DNA of 64,000 nt from a virus. Below are positions 45,780 to 55,147 of this stretch, piece after piece. A model generated the notes under the pieces. That model saw only the letters and a list, made by a program, of their open reading frames with translations, searched no databases and was not told where the DNA came from. How positions within the stretch are numbered: the first letter of the stretch is position 1; the number at the start of each line of letters is the position of its first letter. Where the stretch lies: IMG/VR virus record IMGVR_UViG_3300021962_000023, positions 64,001-128,000 of that record. One strand, given 5' to 3'. A program made the position numbers and the translations under genes.

Positions 45780-46445
45780 TTATATAATTATTTCTTCACC
45801 ATCTTCGGTTAATAAATCTATTAAATTTTCAGTATCTAAATTGATATTCGCAAATTTACCACAAACATAAATATCATTGATTGTAGTATTATCAAAATCA
45901 ACATAGTTATCATTTAATAATATTACAACATTATTATTAATTTGTTTTACATCGAAATCAGTTGGAATATGCAATCCAAACATAAATATTTCAAAATTCT
46001 CAGCCGTAACATCTTCCGTACCATAATCTAATAATGTATTTTTTATAATTAATGCATTATTTGGAACATCAAATTCACTAATTGCTTTTTGTATATTTCT
46101 AGCACTATATTCAAATATTTGAGAATTAAAATCATTTATAACATTATCATTATTAACAATTTTAATTGGATTTGGATTAGAACGAGTATGAGATTGTAAT
46201 GATTGCGAAGTTGGTAATTGTATATTCATTAAACTCGCAGTCAAATATGATTCGGTATTTAAATTATTTGAATTTACAACTGAACTAAATACTGATTGTT
46301 TAGCTTTTGATTGATATTTGGTAGAAGATGGTATTTCTATTTTCAATAAACTACCTGTTAAATCGGAATCGACAAGATTATTTGGATTGATTTTTGCAAT
46401 CACTCTATTCAATTTTCTTGTATTTGATGAAAATTGTCTAAGCAT
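45780..46445 (-). CDS. hypothetical structural protein
   Basis: 221 aa; ends LIDLLTEDGEEIII. Confidence 0.7.
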   Translation of the reverse strand: MLRQFSSNTRKLNRVIAKINPNNLVDSDLTGSLLKIEIPSSTKYQSKAKQSVFSSVVNSNNLNTESYLTASLMNIQLPTSQSLQSHTRSNPNPIKIVNNDNVINDFNSQIFEYSARNIQKAISEFDVPNNALIIKNTLLDYGTEDVTAENFEIFMFGLHIPTDFDVKQINNNVVILLNDNYVDFDNTTINDIYVCGKFANINLDTENLIDLLTEDGEEIII

Positions 46446-46767
46446 ATTGTTCGATATCTCCTTTTATTTCTATGTAATCATCAGTGTCTAACTGATATTC
46501 AAAATTGTTCTTTATAAATTTAACCAATAATCCATCGCCACCTTGCTCTATTACATAGTCTCTAGCCGAAATATTTTGAGTATTTACATATATTGTAACT
46601 CTATCTTGAGTTGTTCTAAGTTCTATTTCTCGTAATACATCAACAAATTTATATCCTTTTGCTTCGAAAATCCAATAGGTAGAATTATCCAAATCTTTCG
46701 TAGTTAATACGACTTTAGTTGGAGTTCTACTTATTTTTTTTGTTATGTCTAATAGACTTCGTTTCAT
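46438..46767 (-). CDS. hypothetical structural protein
   Basis: 109 aa, beta-rich; coupled to both neighbours. Confidence 0.7.
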   Translation of the reverse strand: MKRSLLDITKKISRTPTKVVLTTKDLDNSTYWIFEAKGYKFVDVLREIELRTTQDRVTIYVNTQNISARDYVIEQGGDGLLVKFIKNNFEYQLDTDDYIEIKGDIEQYA

Positions 46768-47885
46768 TATAAATCGACAAATTTACCAGTTATAATAACT
46801 TCATCGGTAGGAGTTACATTGAATCCCAAATTAGCTGGAATGAAATTAATTGTAAAACTTGTAGTTGTTATTGTAACAGTGAAATGTGTTGTTTGATTAT
46901 ATTTAACACCATTTATGTATACTTTTATGTCATATGTCAATCCAGCCACAGATAATCCAGCCGTTACTACCGATGCCAATTGTTCTGGTGTTTTTATTAA
47001 TTTTATATCAGTAAATGTTATAGTATTATCCGAAACAGCATTACCTATTCTACTATTATTCAATGAAAGAAAGTCTACCAAATCTTTATTATCATAATAA
47101 GGAGATGGTGTAGTTAATAATCCCTCCAATCTACCATTTGCAGTTGCATCCGTTTCAGTTGATACTACTACTTTTTTAAGACTATATGATTTTTTAGTTG
47201 TAGATTCTCCATCGAATTTATCTGGCAATAAATAAGCTTTAACATTTAGTGTAAATTCTACTCTATTAATTCTTTCAGTTCCTTCACCTACTTCATTTAT
47301 TACATTATAATCTGCAATTGTAGTTCTGAATTTATATTTTTTCTTATCACCCCAGTAATCAGTAGTAAATGTAAGATTTTCAATAATTTTATTAAGATGT
47401 TCTGTAAATGATGTCCAAGCCATACAATCGTAGTTTATTTCTACATATTCCGGCATTGTTACATTGTATAATTCATACGATGGTCTTGTATTACCCAATA
47501 AAGTAAATCTATCGTATCTATTATTTTTATTCCATTTGGTTACAGTTTGATATGAAACATGATTATTTAGCATTGGCATGGATTCATCCTTTGCAATCGA
47601 TGTTCTTCTAATCATCATTAAAGGTAATTGTATTTTACCTTTTATATCTCTAAATATACCCTCTCTTCTCGCACCATTCCATCTTTCCGAATTGCCATAA
47701 ATTACAGGTATCTTTACAACATTACCATCACCTTCTTCCAATGTAGGTAATGCAACATCTTCTAAGTAAGACATCATAGCATAATCGATATCAAATAACG
47801 ATACCGAATGCTTTATATCGGTTTTTTCCGATTTTATTTGCTTTGCTCTATTTAATTCCGGTCTAATTGGATTTGATGCTGGCAT
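46767..47885 (-). CDS. gp15: tail terminator/sheath stabiliser (gp15-like) with extra C-terminal beta domain
   Basis: KIPVIYGNSERW, QLPLMMIRRTSI, PEYVEINY, FTLNVKAYL; position after gp14. Confidence 0.7.
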   Translation of the reverse strand: MPASNPIRPELNRAKQIKSEKTDIKHSVSLFDIDYAMMSYLEDVALPTLEEGDGNVVKIPVIYGNSERWNGARREGIFRDIKGKIQLPLMMIRRTSIAKDESMPMLNNHVSYQTVTKWNKNNRYDRFTLLGNTRPSYELYNVTMPEYVEINYDCMAWTSFTEHLNKIIENLTFTTDYWGDKKKYKFRTTIADYNVINEVGEGTERINRVEFTLNVKAYLLPDKFDGESTTKKSYSLKKVVVSTETDATANGRLEGLLTTPSPYYDNKDLVDFLSLNNSRIGNAVSDNTITFTDIKLIKTPEQLASVVTAGLSVAGLTYDIKVYINGVKYNQTTHFTVTITTTSFTINFIPANLGFNVTPTDEVIITGKFVDL

Positions 47886-47893
47886 ATTTTAAT

Positions 47894-48349
47894 TTATTTT
47901 ACTCTTGCTTCTATATTTAAATCCGATTTTCTAGTCATAAATGCCGTACAAACTATACTATAATTGTTATCAGGCTGTCCTCCTATAAATTGAATTTCAT
48001 TTGTGTTATCAATTTCATAATAAGATTGGTCAAAGAAAATCATATCACCAATTTCAGGATATATACCTTTTTCTTCGCAAGTCAATTTATCTAACTTAAA
48101 AGTTATTGTCTGAGAATTATCAGGTCCAAATCCTTCATATACTACATTTTCAGGCTCTTTATCTACTATACAATACATTTCAACACCCGGATACCAAGTT
48201 TTATTTAGGGATTCACCATAAATATTTACTTTACTTTCGTATGTGTTTACTTTAAATAATACAATAGCTGTTTGGATGACTGTATCAACCAATTCTCTAC
48301 TTACACTTCTAAAGAAATCAATATCTCTACCTACTAAAAACTTTGGCAT
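47894..48349 (-). CDS. gp14: neck/head-closure protein (gp14-like)
   Basis: NIYGES, YEGFG, YPEIGDMI...YYEI; follows gp13. Confidence 0.7.
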   Translation of the reverse strand: MPKFLVGRDIDFFRSVSRELVDTVIQTAIVLFKVNTYESKVNIYGESLNKTWYPGVEMYCIVDKEPENVVYEGFGPDNSQTITFKLDKLTCEEKGIYPEIGDMIFFDQSYYEIDNTNEIQFIGGQPDNNYSIVCTAFMTRKSDLNIEARVK

Positions 48350-48350
48350 A

Positions 48351-49580
48351 TTATCCTACATATATTTTTAAAGGAACTTTTCTTAACATTTCTTGATGGT
48401 GAGTTGATTCATGTGCTTGTTTTTCAAATACATTTTTTCTACTCATTTCCTCCAAATTTTCTCTCAATTGAGTCATCAACATATCTTTCTCTACCTGTGC
48501 CTCTGCTCTCAATGCTGCCCCATCTAAGGATACTTCCCCATCTGGTATAGGTACTGAACTATATTTCTCTCTAATCGCTCCTAATAGTTCTTTTGATAAT
48601 GCTAATGTATATTTTCTAATCCATTGTTTACCTACATCATTTATATCCGAATATTGAATAAAATCGTATGGAATATCTGAATAATCCGAAAGTGAATCCG
48701 ATTGAATAGTTTGAGAATCATGTTCAAATTCATCTCTACTCATATATTCTATATACACTCTACTAACAGTGCCAGTAGTTGGTATAGGGAATATTTCCAA
48801 TTTATTGTCTACTATATTAAATGTATGTGCCGATTTACGAATGTGGTCATTGAATTCAATTTGTTGCATTCTTAATACATCCTCATAAATTGGCATCATT
48901 AAGAATTGTGCAGCAGGAGAGAAGTTTCCAAATCCTAATTCACTCATTAAGTTTAGAGTTCCTTGTGCACCAACTGAATATGGGTCAAAGAAACGAGCAA
49001 TAGCAGGAGTTGCCTCATGAAATACTCTAGTCACATCTATCGTAGACCCTCCACTAAAAATTGTAGAAAACGATGCAGAGGCACTTCCACTTGCTTCCAA
49101 CATTTCAACATCAACTGCTTCTTTCATTATATCATATTTCTGCTTTCCAGGCGTTAATTCGATATATGCTTTTTTAATTGCAGTTGAACCACCTACTCCC
49201 GCTTGAGTTCCGTATTGTTGTGCCATACGAATAGCAGTAGGTAAGAATGAACCATCAACTAAGGTTTGCGAATAGTTTGCAATTTTACCTTTTGGTTGAC
49301 CTCTTAAAATATCTAAGTTATTTCTAAGATTGAATTGATTTACTTGTGCAGAATATTCCGAAGTTGCTTCTTCAAAACATGCCCAAATTTGTTGATTATC
49401 CAACTCAATATTTACAATAGGATACCCCAATCGCTTTGCTACCCATGTAGCAGTTTTGGGAGCATCATTTCTAAAATCAGTATCAGTATCATACAACCCA
49501 AATGGAGTTGCTTCCGATGATGCCACCGATGCCGAAAATGCTGCCACTGTTGAGCCAGACCAGTATGTGTTTACAGACAT
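48351..49580 (-). CDS. gp13: neck protein (gp13-like)
   Basis: RLGYPIVNIEL, WIRKYTLALSKELLGAIREKY, GEVSLDG. Confidence 0.8.
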   Translation of the reverse strand: MSVNTYWSGSTVAAFSASVASSEATPFGLYDTDTDFRNDAPKTATWVAKRLGYPIVNIELDNQQIWACFEEATSEYSAQVNQFNLRNNLDILRGQPKGKIANYSQTLVDGSFLPTAIRMAQQYGTQAGVGGSTAIKKAYIELTPGKQKYDIMKEAVDVEMLEASGSASASFSTIFSGGSTIDVTRVFHEATPAIARFFDPYSVGAQGTLNLMSELGFGNFSPAAQFLMMPIYEDVLRMQQIEFNDHIRKSAHTFNIVDNKLEIFPIPTTGTVSRVYIEYMSRDEFEHDSQTIQSDSLSDYSDIPYDFIQYSDINDVGKQWIRKYTLALSKELLGAIREKYSSVPIPDGEVSLDGAALRAEAQVEKDMLMTQLRENLEEMSRKNVFEKQAHESTHHQEMLRKVPLKIYVG

Positions 49581-49604
49581 ATCTAAAATTTATAGTTTTA
49601 CTAC

Positions 49605-49612
49605 TATAAATA
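49605..49612 (-). promoter_or_regulatory. putative late promoter TATTTATA
   Basis: exact octamer 24 nt upstream of gp13, right after the capsid terminator. Confidence 0.65.
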
Positions 49613-49624
49613 TGATATTAAAAT

Positions 49625-49656
49625 AAAAAAAAGGGATAACTTTCGTTACCCCTTTT
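49625..49656 (-). terminator. intrinsic terminator after the major capsid gene
   Basis: GGGGTAAC-GAAA-GTTATCCC plus U tract. Confidence 0.88.
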
Positions 49657-49679
49657 CTTATTACTCTAATCCGTTAAGA

Positions 49680-51284
49680 TTACAAAGTGTTTAAACCATC
49701 AATTACGATTTTACCGTAGAATTCTGGTCTAACAATTTTCTTAGCGTAACGAGTCATAACTCCTCTTCTTGGAGTGAAGTTAGTTGGGTCGTACACTAAA
49801 GGAGTCATAATCAACGGAACATATGGAGCGTAAACAGCACCTGTTTCGAAGAAGTTAGAACCTTTGAAACCTAATAAGATAACATTTTCTGTCATATAAG
49901 GATTCTTATAAACATCGTATCTATTAGAGATTGAACCGATGTTAGTTACACCTGCTGAGAAAGTTAATGCATCTTTCGATGGATTTGCAGAGAAACCATT
50001 CATTGATTCTAAGATAGTTGCTACATTAGGAGAAACAACGATGAAGTTTGCTCCGCCTCTCATAGTTAATTGGTGAATCTTATTAGAAATCTTTTGTAAT
50101 TTGATTCCTAAAGTTTGATACCAAGTAGATTTTGTGTAAGCTTGACCTGTGAATGAATCAACAGTGAAACCTGCACCATTCCAATCGTATCCAACTCTTG
50201 CAGACCAGTATTCAGTTGTGAATGCGTTTTGCTGTAACATCTCTAAGATTTCTAAATCAATCTCTAAAGAGATGTATTCAGATAACATTTGAGTTAATTC
50301 AGCTTCTGCATCAACAGAGTGGTATGCGTTTAAGTCTTGCGCTAATTCAGGAGTCCAAATTGCTTTCAACTTACGAGTCTTAGCCACGATAGGCTCAGAT
50401 TTCAATTCTAATTCGATTTCTGGAATTGCTAAGTCAGTTCCTCTATCTTCAAAATCTCCACGAGAGATATCAGTAGGTTGTACATGGTATGCTAAAGAAG
50501 CACCATTTGCACCTGCTGAACCTGTACCAGTCACAGTTGCAACGAATTCCACATTAGAACCATTCTTAGTAGTGTATTGAGGGAAGAAAGTTGAAGAACC
50601 TGAAACTAATGATAATTCAAAAGCTCTTACACCATTGAAATCAGCATCAGATGGTAAAGCCACAGTTACTTTCTTTAAAGTGTTTGCTGCATATGATGCA
50701 GAAACAGTAGCATCAGATAAATCATAATCAATATCACCCAAAGATGCAGATGCAACAGTTGCAGTGATAGCAGCAGTTGCATTATTGATTGTATATCCAA
50801 AACGGCCTGCTCCATACAAACCACCTGTTGTAGCTTGAGTAGAACCTAATTTATTTCCTGCTGGAGATAAAGAATCTTTACCTGCAGTACCACCATCACC
50901 AAATAATGATGAACCTGTGAAGTTAGGGTTACCTGCTGGGTTAGAACCATATTTGAAGTCCATGTAGAAAATAAGACCTGAAGGTAAGTTCATTGGTTGA
51001 ACTGAAACGAATTCTTTAGAAGCGATAGAACCGAAGATTCTTCTTACTAAAGGTAACGCAACACCAGCCCACTCTTCAGAACCTGAAGATGTACCTGTTC
51101 TTGTAGCCTCATCTAATAATTGTTTAGCTTGGTTTTCTAACATTACTGCCATACCATGCTTAGTTGTTTCAGAACCTGCGTTCTCTAACAAACCTGTTTT
51201 TTCCCACTTTGCTTTCAAACCTCTAGTTTGCTCAAGCATAATGCTTTGTGGGTTAGCGCCGTTCATTAATTTTTTTAAGTCCAT
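49680..51284 (-). CDS. gp23: major capsid protein
   Basis: VSVQPMNLPSGLIF, AKTRKLKAIWTPELAQDLNAYH, YAPYVPL, TRY. Confidence 0.97.
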   Translation of the reverse strand: MDLKKLMNGANPQSIMLEQTRGLKAKWEKTGLLENAGSETTKHGMAVMLENQAKQLLDEATRTGTSSGSEEWAGVALPLVRRIFGSIASKEFVSVQPMNLPSGLIFYMDFKYGSNPAGNPNFTGSSLFGDGGTAGKDSLSPAGNKLGSTQATTGGLYGAGRFGYTINNATAAITATVASASLGDIDYDLSDATVSASYAANTLKKVTVALPSDADFNGVRAFELSLVSGSSTFFPQYTTKNGSNVEFVATVTGTGSAGANGASLAYHVQPTDISRGDFEDRGTDLAIPEIELELKSEPIVAKTRKLKAIWTPELAQDLNAYHSVDAEAELTQMLSEYISLEIDLEILEMLQQNAFTTEYWSARVGYDWNGAGFTVDSFTGQAYTKSTWYQTLGIKLQKISNKIHQLTMRGGANFIVVSPNVATILESMNGFSANPSKDALTFSAGVTNIGSISNRYDVYKNPYMTENVILLGFKGSNFFETGAVYAPYVPLIMTPLVYDPTNFTPRRGVMTRYAKKIVRPEFYGKIVIDGLNTL

Positions 51285-51313
51285 TTTAAATGAATTTATT
51301 TTTTTGTTGTTAA

Positions 51314-52534
51314 TTATTTAATAATACCTGCTAATTTCTTAAATCTATCAGAAATTTGAGCGCTTTCAGCGATTACAGCTTTAGCTGCTTTCGGTGCAGT
51401 TGATTTAACTACTTTAGAAGCAATTCCTTCAGAAATTGATTTTTTAGCAATTTTGTTAGAAGATGTTGTGTATTTGAAATTCTCTGCTAATGTAGAGTAA
51501 ACCAATTTCACTTCTCTAACTGATTTTGTTCTATCCAAAGTTTCAATAACTTTAACTTTTTGTTCGTTAGTCATATTGTGTGCTCTGAATAATTTATTAG
51601 CGAATAATAACTTAGCGTTTAATAAGTTTACTTCGTTAATAGTTTTTTGTAATGATTTGATAGTGTTGTAAGCCTCATTCAATTCAGCGTTAATAGCTTC
51701 ATCTTTTGCTTCTTCTTCACCACCCATCTCATCTTGCATTTCACGAAGAATTTCTTCTAAGTCGATAACTTTGTCATCTTCTGCTTCTTCTTCTTCGTTA
51801 GTTACAACTACTTTAGGTGTTTCACCTTTGTCAGTTCCAGCTTCTGAACCATCTGCTAAATCTTCAGCAATTGCTGCATCATCAGCCATAGGTGCTTCTT
51901 CTTCAGAACTTTCATCTCCTAATTGAGCTTCTAATTCTCTGATGATAGCTTCTAAATCCATGTCATCTTCTGATTCTTCTTCAGAACCCATATCGGATGC
52001 CATATCCATTGAATCATCGCCAGCTGCTGCAAATGGGTCTTCTTCTTCAGTTCCCATAGCATCATCTGCTGCAAAAGGATTTTCAGAATCTTCTCCTTCT
52101 AATTCTGCTAATCTAGCTTTCAATTCTGCAATCTCTGCATCCTTGTCGCCTTCTTCAGAAGCAAATGGATTTTCTTCTTCTTCGTTGATATCTGCTACTT
52201 TAGTGTAATCAGTACCAGCTTGTTCTGGCTTTCCTGCATCTTTAGCTACACCAACTGATAAATCAGTTTCTGCATCCAAAGTTGGAGTTGCACCAGGAGT
52301 TTCAGCATATCCTGCTTCAACTTTTGAACCGATTCCAGTAGAATCTAATTCTTCAGCTACTTGTTCTGCATCATCTTCCATATCTTCAGCTTCAGCTCTC
52401 ATCTTTTGAGATAAGATTGATTGAAGTCTTGGTGTAAATGCTTCTTCAAGAGCTAACTTTGCGTTTGCTAAAGCTGTTTCTTTAACGGCTTTGGCATCAG
52501 CGATTGCTTCTTTCAATAATTTTGAATTTGCCAT
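51314..52534 (-). CDS. gp22: prohead core scaffolding protein
   Basis: very acidic, coiled-coil, LNEVNLLNAKL-like C-terminal segment; directly upstream of gp23. Confidence 0.85.
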   Translation of the reverse strand: MANSKLLKEAIADAKAVKETALANAKLALEEAFTPRLQSILSQKMRAEAEDMEDDAEQVAEELDSTGIGSKVEAGYAETPGATPTLDAETDLSVGVAKDAGKPEQAGTDYTKVADINEEEENPFASEEGDKDAEIAELKARLAELEGEDSENPFAADDAMGTEEEDPFAAAGDDSMDMASDMGSEEESEDDMDLEAIIRELEAQLGDESSEEEAPMADDAAIAEDLADGSEAGTDKGETPKVVVTNEEEEAEDDKVIDLEEILREMQDEMGGEEEAKDEAINAELNEAYNTIKSLQKTINEVNLLNAKLLFANKLFRAHNMTNEQKVKVIETLDRTKSVREVKLVYSTLAENFKYTTSSNKIAKKSISEGIASKVVKSTAPKAAKAVIAESAQISDRFKKLAGIIK

Positions 52535-52690
52535 CTTGTTTTCTCCTTGTTTTGATTGTGAAGTTATTTGTAGGAAACTCCAATAGAATTATGTTGATTG
52601 TTCGGTCACACCTTATAAGAGAAGGGTATTCATTAATCAACTATTACTTTTAATAAATCCTTTATGAGAAAGGATATTTGAGAATAAATA
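52535..52690 (-). promoter_or_regulatory. structured ~150-nt leader of the scaffold/capsid operon with SD (AAGGAG, 52543-52548)
   Basis: promoter variant TATTTATT at 52683-52690; hairpins at 52657-52675 and 52611-52625; GTTGATT/AATCAAC stem. Confidence 0.55.
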
Positions 52691-52712
52691 TATAGTTTTT
52701 TAGAAAACTAAA

Positions 52713-52741
52713 GAAAAACCCCAAATTTCTTTGAGGTTTTT
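52713..52741 (-). terminator. intrinsic terminator
   Basis: AAAACCTCAA-AGAAAT-TTGGGGTTTT plus U-rich tail. Confidence 0.75.
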
Positions 52742-52757
52742 AATTTTTTTTTATTTT

Positions 52758-53129
52758 TTATTGGTGATTTACCAATTTATATTTAGTTCTATATAATAAT
52801 GATACAACTGTATCGATATCATTTTGAATCCAACTATCTTGTAATTTAGGGTTTTGTCTTAATTTTGCAACCATTCCACAAAGTGTTTCAAAATATTTAA
52901 TAATGTTTTTAATATCATTATTTTTATCCAAAACTCCAATGCCGGATAATTGAATTATTCCTTCTTTACCCTGATACACTTCTACTAATCCATCTATTAA
53001 ATCTCCAATTGAATCATAATATTCACCCAATGCTAAATGTGCTGAATGTGCTCCGACACCTTTAACTCCTAAATGAAATGAGTGAGTTTGAGTTCTACTT
53101 TGTAATAATAAAGATGCTAATTCTTCCAT
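52758..53129 (-). CDS. Dps/ferritin-like four-helix protein
   Basis: QTHSFH...AHLALGEYY...IDGLVE pattern of His/Asp/Glu ligands. Confidence 0.7.
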   Translation of the reverse strand: MEELASLLLQSRTQTHSFHLGVKGVGAHSAHLALGEYYDSIGDLIDGLVEVYQGKEGIIQLSGIGVLDKNNDIKNIIKYFETLCGMVAKLRQNPKLQDSWIQNDIDTVVSLLYRTKYKLVNHQ

Positions 53130-53567
53130 TTATTTTAATTTTTTGCAAGTTTTGCATTCTTGTAATCCTAATCTTTGTTTCATAACATCTTCGGATACAT
53201 CTGCAATTTCAAAATATCTTCCTAAAACATGCCCCATATCTTCATATAGAGATTCTAATCTTTGTTCTTGTGCTTTTGCTTCGATTGCTTCTTTTTCAAA
53301 TGCGGCTTGTAATTTTTTTAACTCACCCATATTACGCTTAATCGTAACTCTATCGAACCAATCACCACCTTCTCTCAAAGTATATTCTTGTGCTGCATCT
53401 GCGATACCACCTAAAGTTTCTGCAACTTGTCTGATATCAGATTTTCTAGCCATACCTTCTCTATGTTGACCATAGGTAGAAATTATTTCTAAAAAATGTC
53501 TTTTTAGTTCGGTTGGTAATTGTTGAAGTTCTTCCGCTTCGTTTAATAAATCTTTTAAGCGTATCAT
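53130..53567 (-). CDS. hypothetical head-associated protein
   Basis: MIRLKDLLNE leader; helical. Confidence 0.75.
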   Translation of the reverse strand: MIRLKDLLNEAEELQQLPTELKRHFLEIISTYGQHREGMARKSDIRQVAETLGGIADAAQEYTLREGGDWFDRVTIKRNMGELKKLQAAFEKEAIEAKAQEQRLESLYEDMGHVLGRYFEIADVSEDVMKQRLGLQECKTCKKLK

Positions 53568-53570
53568 ATA

Positions 53571-53822
53571 CTATTTTTTTAAAATATCGTTTTTCTTAAT
53601 GTTCTGAATGTATCTCATTAATTCTTGTCTATCCATTCCCATAGCTTCGATTACTTTAGCAAGAACAAGCATTTCCTTTTTACGATTAAGATTCATTCCT
53701 TTAATTTGAGATACCATTTTATCCAAATATCTCTCTACCGATTGAGGTAATGTTGTATCTAAATCATCAATTGATTCTTTAACATTCATTTGTTTACCAG
53801 GTACTAAATCTACTAATTTCAT
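53571..53822 (-). CDS. hypothetical head-associated protein (83 aa; start re-called at ATG 53822)
   Basis: MKLVDLVPGKQMNVKE; the longer track ORF overlaps gp21 by ~150 nt. Confidence 0.7.
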   Translation of the reverse strand: MKLVDLVPGKQMNVKESIDDLDTTLPQSVERYLDKMVSQIKGMNLNRKKEMLVLAKVIEAMGMDRQELMRYIQNIKKNDILKK

Positions 53823-53827
53823 ATTTT

Positions 53828-54418
53828 TTAGTTTAATTCTATGATTATTTCTCTCATTAAATCTTGTGCTTTGCAGAACTTTCCACATTCTTCTGCAATT
53901 TTTGCCCATTGCTTCGATTCGTTCATTGGTGCCATAAATGCTCCATGTGTAGATGGATTTGATACGAAATCCCATCCAACTAATTCAAAATCTTCCTGAA
54001 CCATTACAGTCCCGTCTCTTAATTCTTTTACTGAACCCAAACCTCTTGATGAAATACCTAAACGAATATTGTTCTTTAATAGTTCTCTAAGAATATTTCC
54101 AGATGGAGTTGAAAGAATTTCTACTACACCACATACATCATCACCTTCCCAATAGATTTCTCTAATATTGTGAGATACATTTTTTAAATTGATAACCGGA
54201 GAATCGGGGTGGTCTAATTCACCCAATGCTCTTCTTTCTTTAATAAGTTGCCCGTATTTCTGGCATTCTCTTTCTAAGATTTCTTTAGGATATCTTCTAC
54301 CATTTTGATTAGCAGCTCCAGCTCTTTGTAGGATTCCCTTAACCAAATAAGTTCCATTATCTTGTTCTACCAATTTTGCTTCAAACAAATGGGTTTCTAT
54401 TAATAATCCTTTATTCAT
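53828..54418 (-). CDS. gp21: prohead protease
   Basis: NQNGRRYP, ALGELDHP, VSHNI, GISSRGLGS, DFVSNPS. Confidence 0.95.
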   Translation of the reverse strand: MNKGLLIETHLFEAKLVEQDNGTYLVKGILQRAGAANQNGRRYPKEILERECQKYGQLIKERRALGELDHPDSPVINLKNVSHNIREIYWEGDDVCGVVEILSTPSGNILRELLKNNIRLGISSRGLGSVKELRDGTVMVQEDFELVGWDFVSNPSTHGAFMAPMNESKQWAKIAEECGKFCKAQDLMREIIIELN

Positions 54419-54419
54419 C

Positions 54420-54836
54420 TTACTTTATATCTTTTTTAACTTTTTCTATTGCCTTATCAGTTATTGATTTATCCATCCAAGACTTTAAAAATATAGTTTT
54501 TAATTGGTTTTCTAATTCCGTTTCATTTAATTTGCCATTTGTACTATCAACCATTTTAATGATTTGAGTTTGTACATATGGTAATTTAACTATTTTATCA
54601 GCCGTTGAATTATCAATTCCTTTTTTGGCATTAACCATATCACTCACATTATCTATAAAATTATCATTATTAGATAATGAAGTTAATATTTTTTGAATCG
54701 GTTCTTTATAATCTTTTTTAGCTGTAAGGTATTTTATACCTTTCTCAACTAAATCCATTATATAATAAAAAACAATTTTACCAATAACAACGCTACCCAA
54801 AACAGTTGCAATATCAATGGCTAAATTTTCATTTAC
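54420..54836 (-). CDS. hypothetical protein, probably the -1 frame continuation of 54833..55147
   Basis: frame open from GTA at 54836 (VNENLAIDIATVLGSVVIGK...) with no ATG until ~54760. Confidence 0.55.
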   Translation of the reverse strand, partial: VNENLAIDIATVLGSVVIGKIVFYYIMDLVEKGIKYLTAKKDYKEPIQKILTSLSNNDNFIDNVSDMVNAKKGIDNSTADKIVKLPYVQTQIIKMVDSTNGKLNETELENQLKTIFLKSWMDKSITDKAIEKVKKDIK

Positions 54837-55147
54837 TTTTTTTTTTGAGCCCCTTCGTTTTTGGCTCTCAATTTTGCTAAATCCGAACCTTCAATTTCGC
54901 CATCTCCATCCACATCAATCTTCTTTTGCCCAGCAGTTAGTTCGGCTTCATTGTAACCTCTCAACTTACCTTCTGATTTTGCTTTGTAAGCGGTATCTAC
55001 GGCATTAAAGAATTTCTTCTTATCATCATCGCTCATAGAATTTATATCCTTACCAGTCTTATCCAACATATGTTTAAATAGTTGCTGATAATCTTGTTCT
55101 TCTTTTACTACTTGTCTAACAAGTTCTTTTAATTGAGATACTTTCAT
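54833..55147 (-). CDS. head-associated protein with EF-hand-like Ca-binding loop
   Basis: DVDGDGEIEGSD (54881-54916); MKVSQLKELVRQVVKEE leader; ends on A AAA AAG TAA. Confidence 0.7.
   Translation of the reverse strand: MKVSQLKELVRQVVKEEQDYQQLFKHMLDKTGKDINSMSDDDKKKFFNAVDTAYKAKSEGKLRGYNEAELTAGQKKIDVDGDGEIEGSDLAKLRAKNEGAQKKK

Noticed and set aside
53823-53975. N-terminal extensions of track ORFs 53571..53975, 24086..24937 and 58937..59503
   Set aside because: They overlap upstream genes or promoter motifs; downstream ATGs (53822, 24895, 59446) give leader-like starts with A-rich context.
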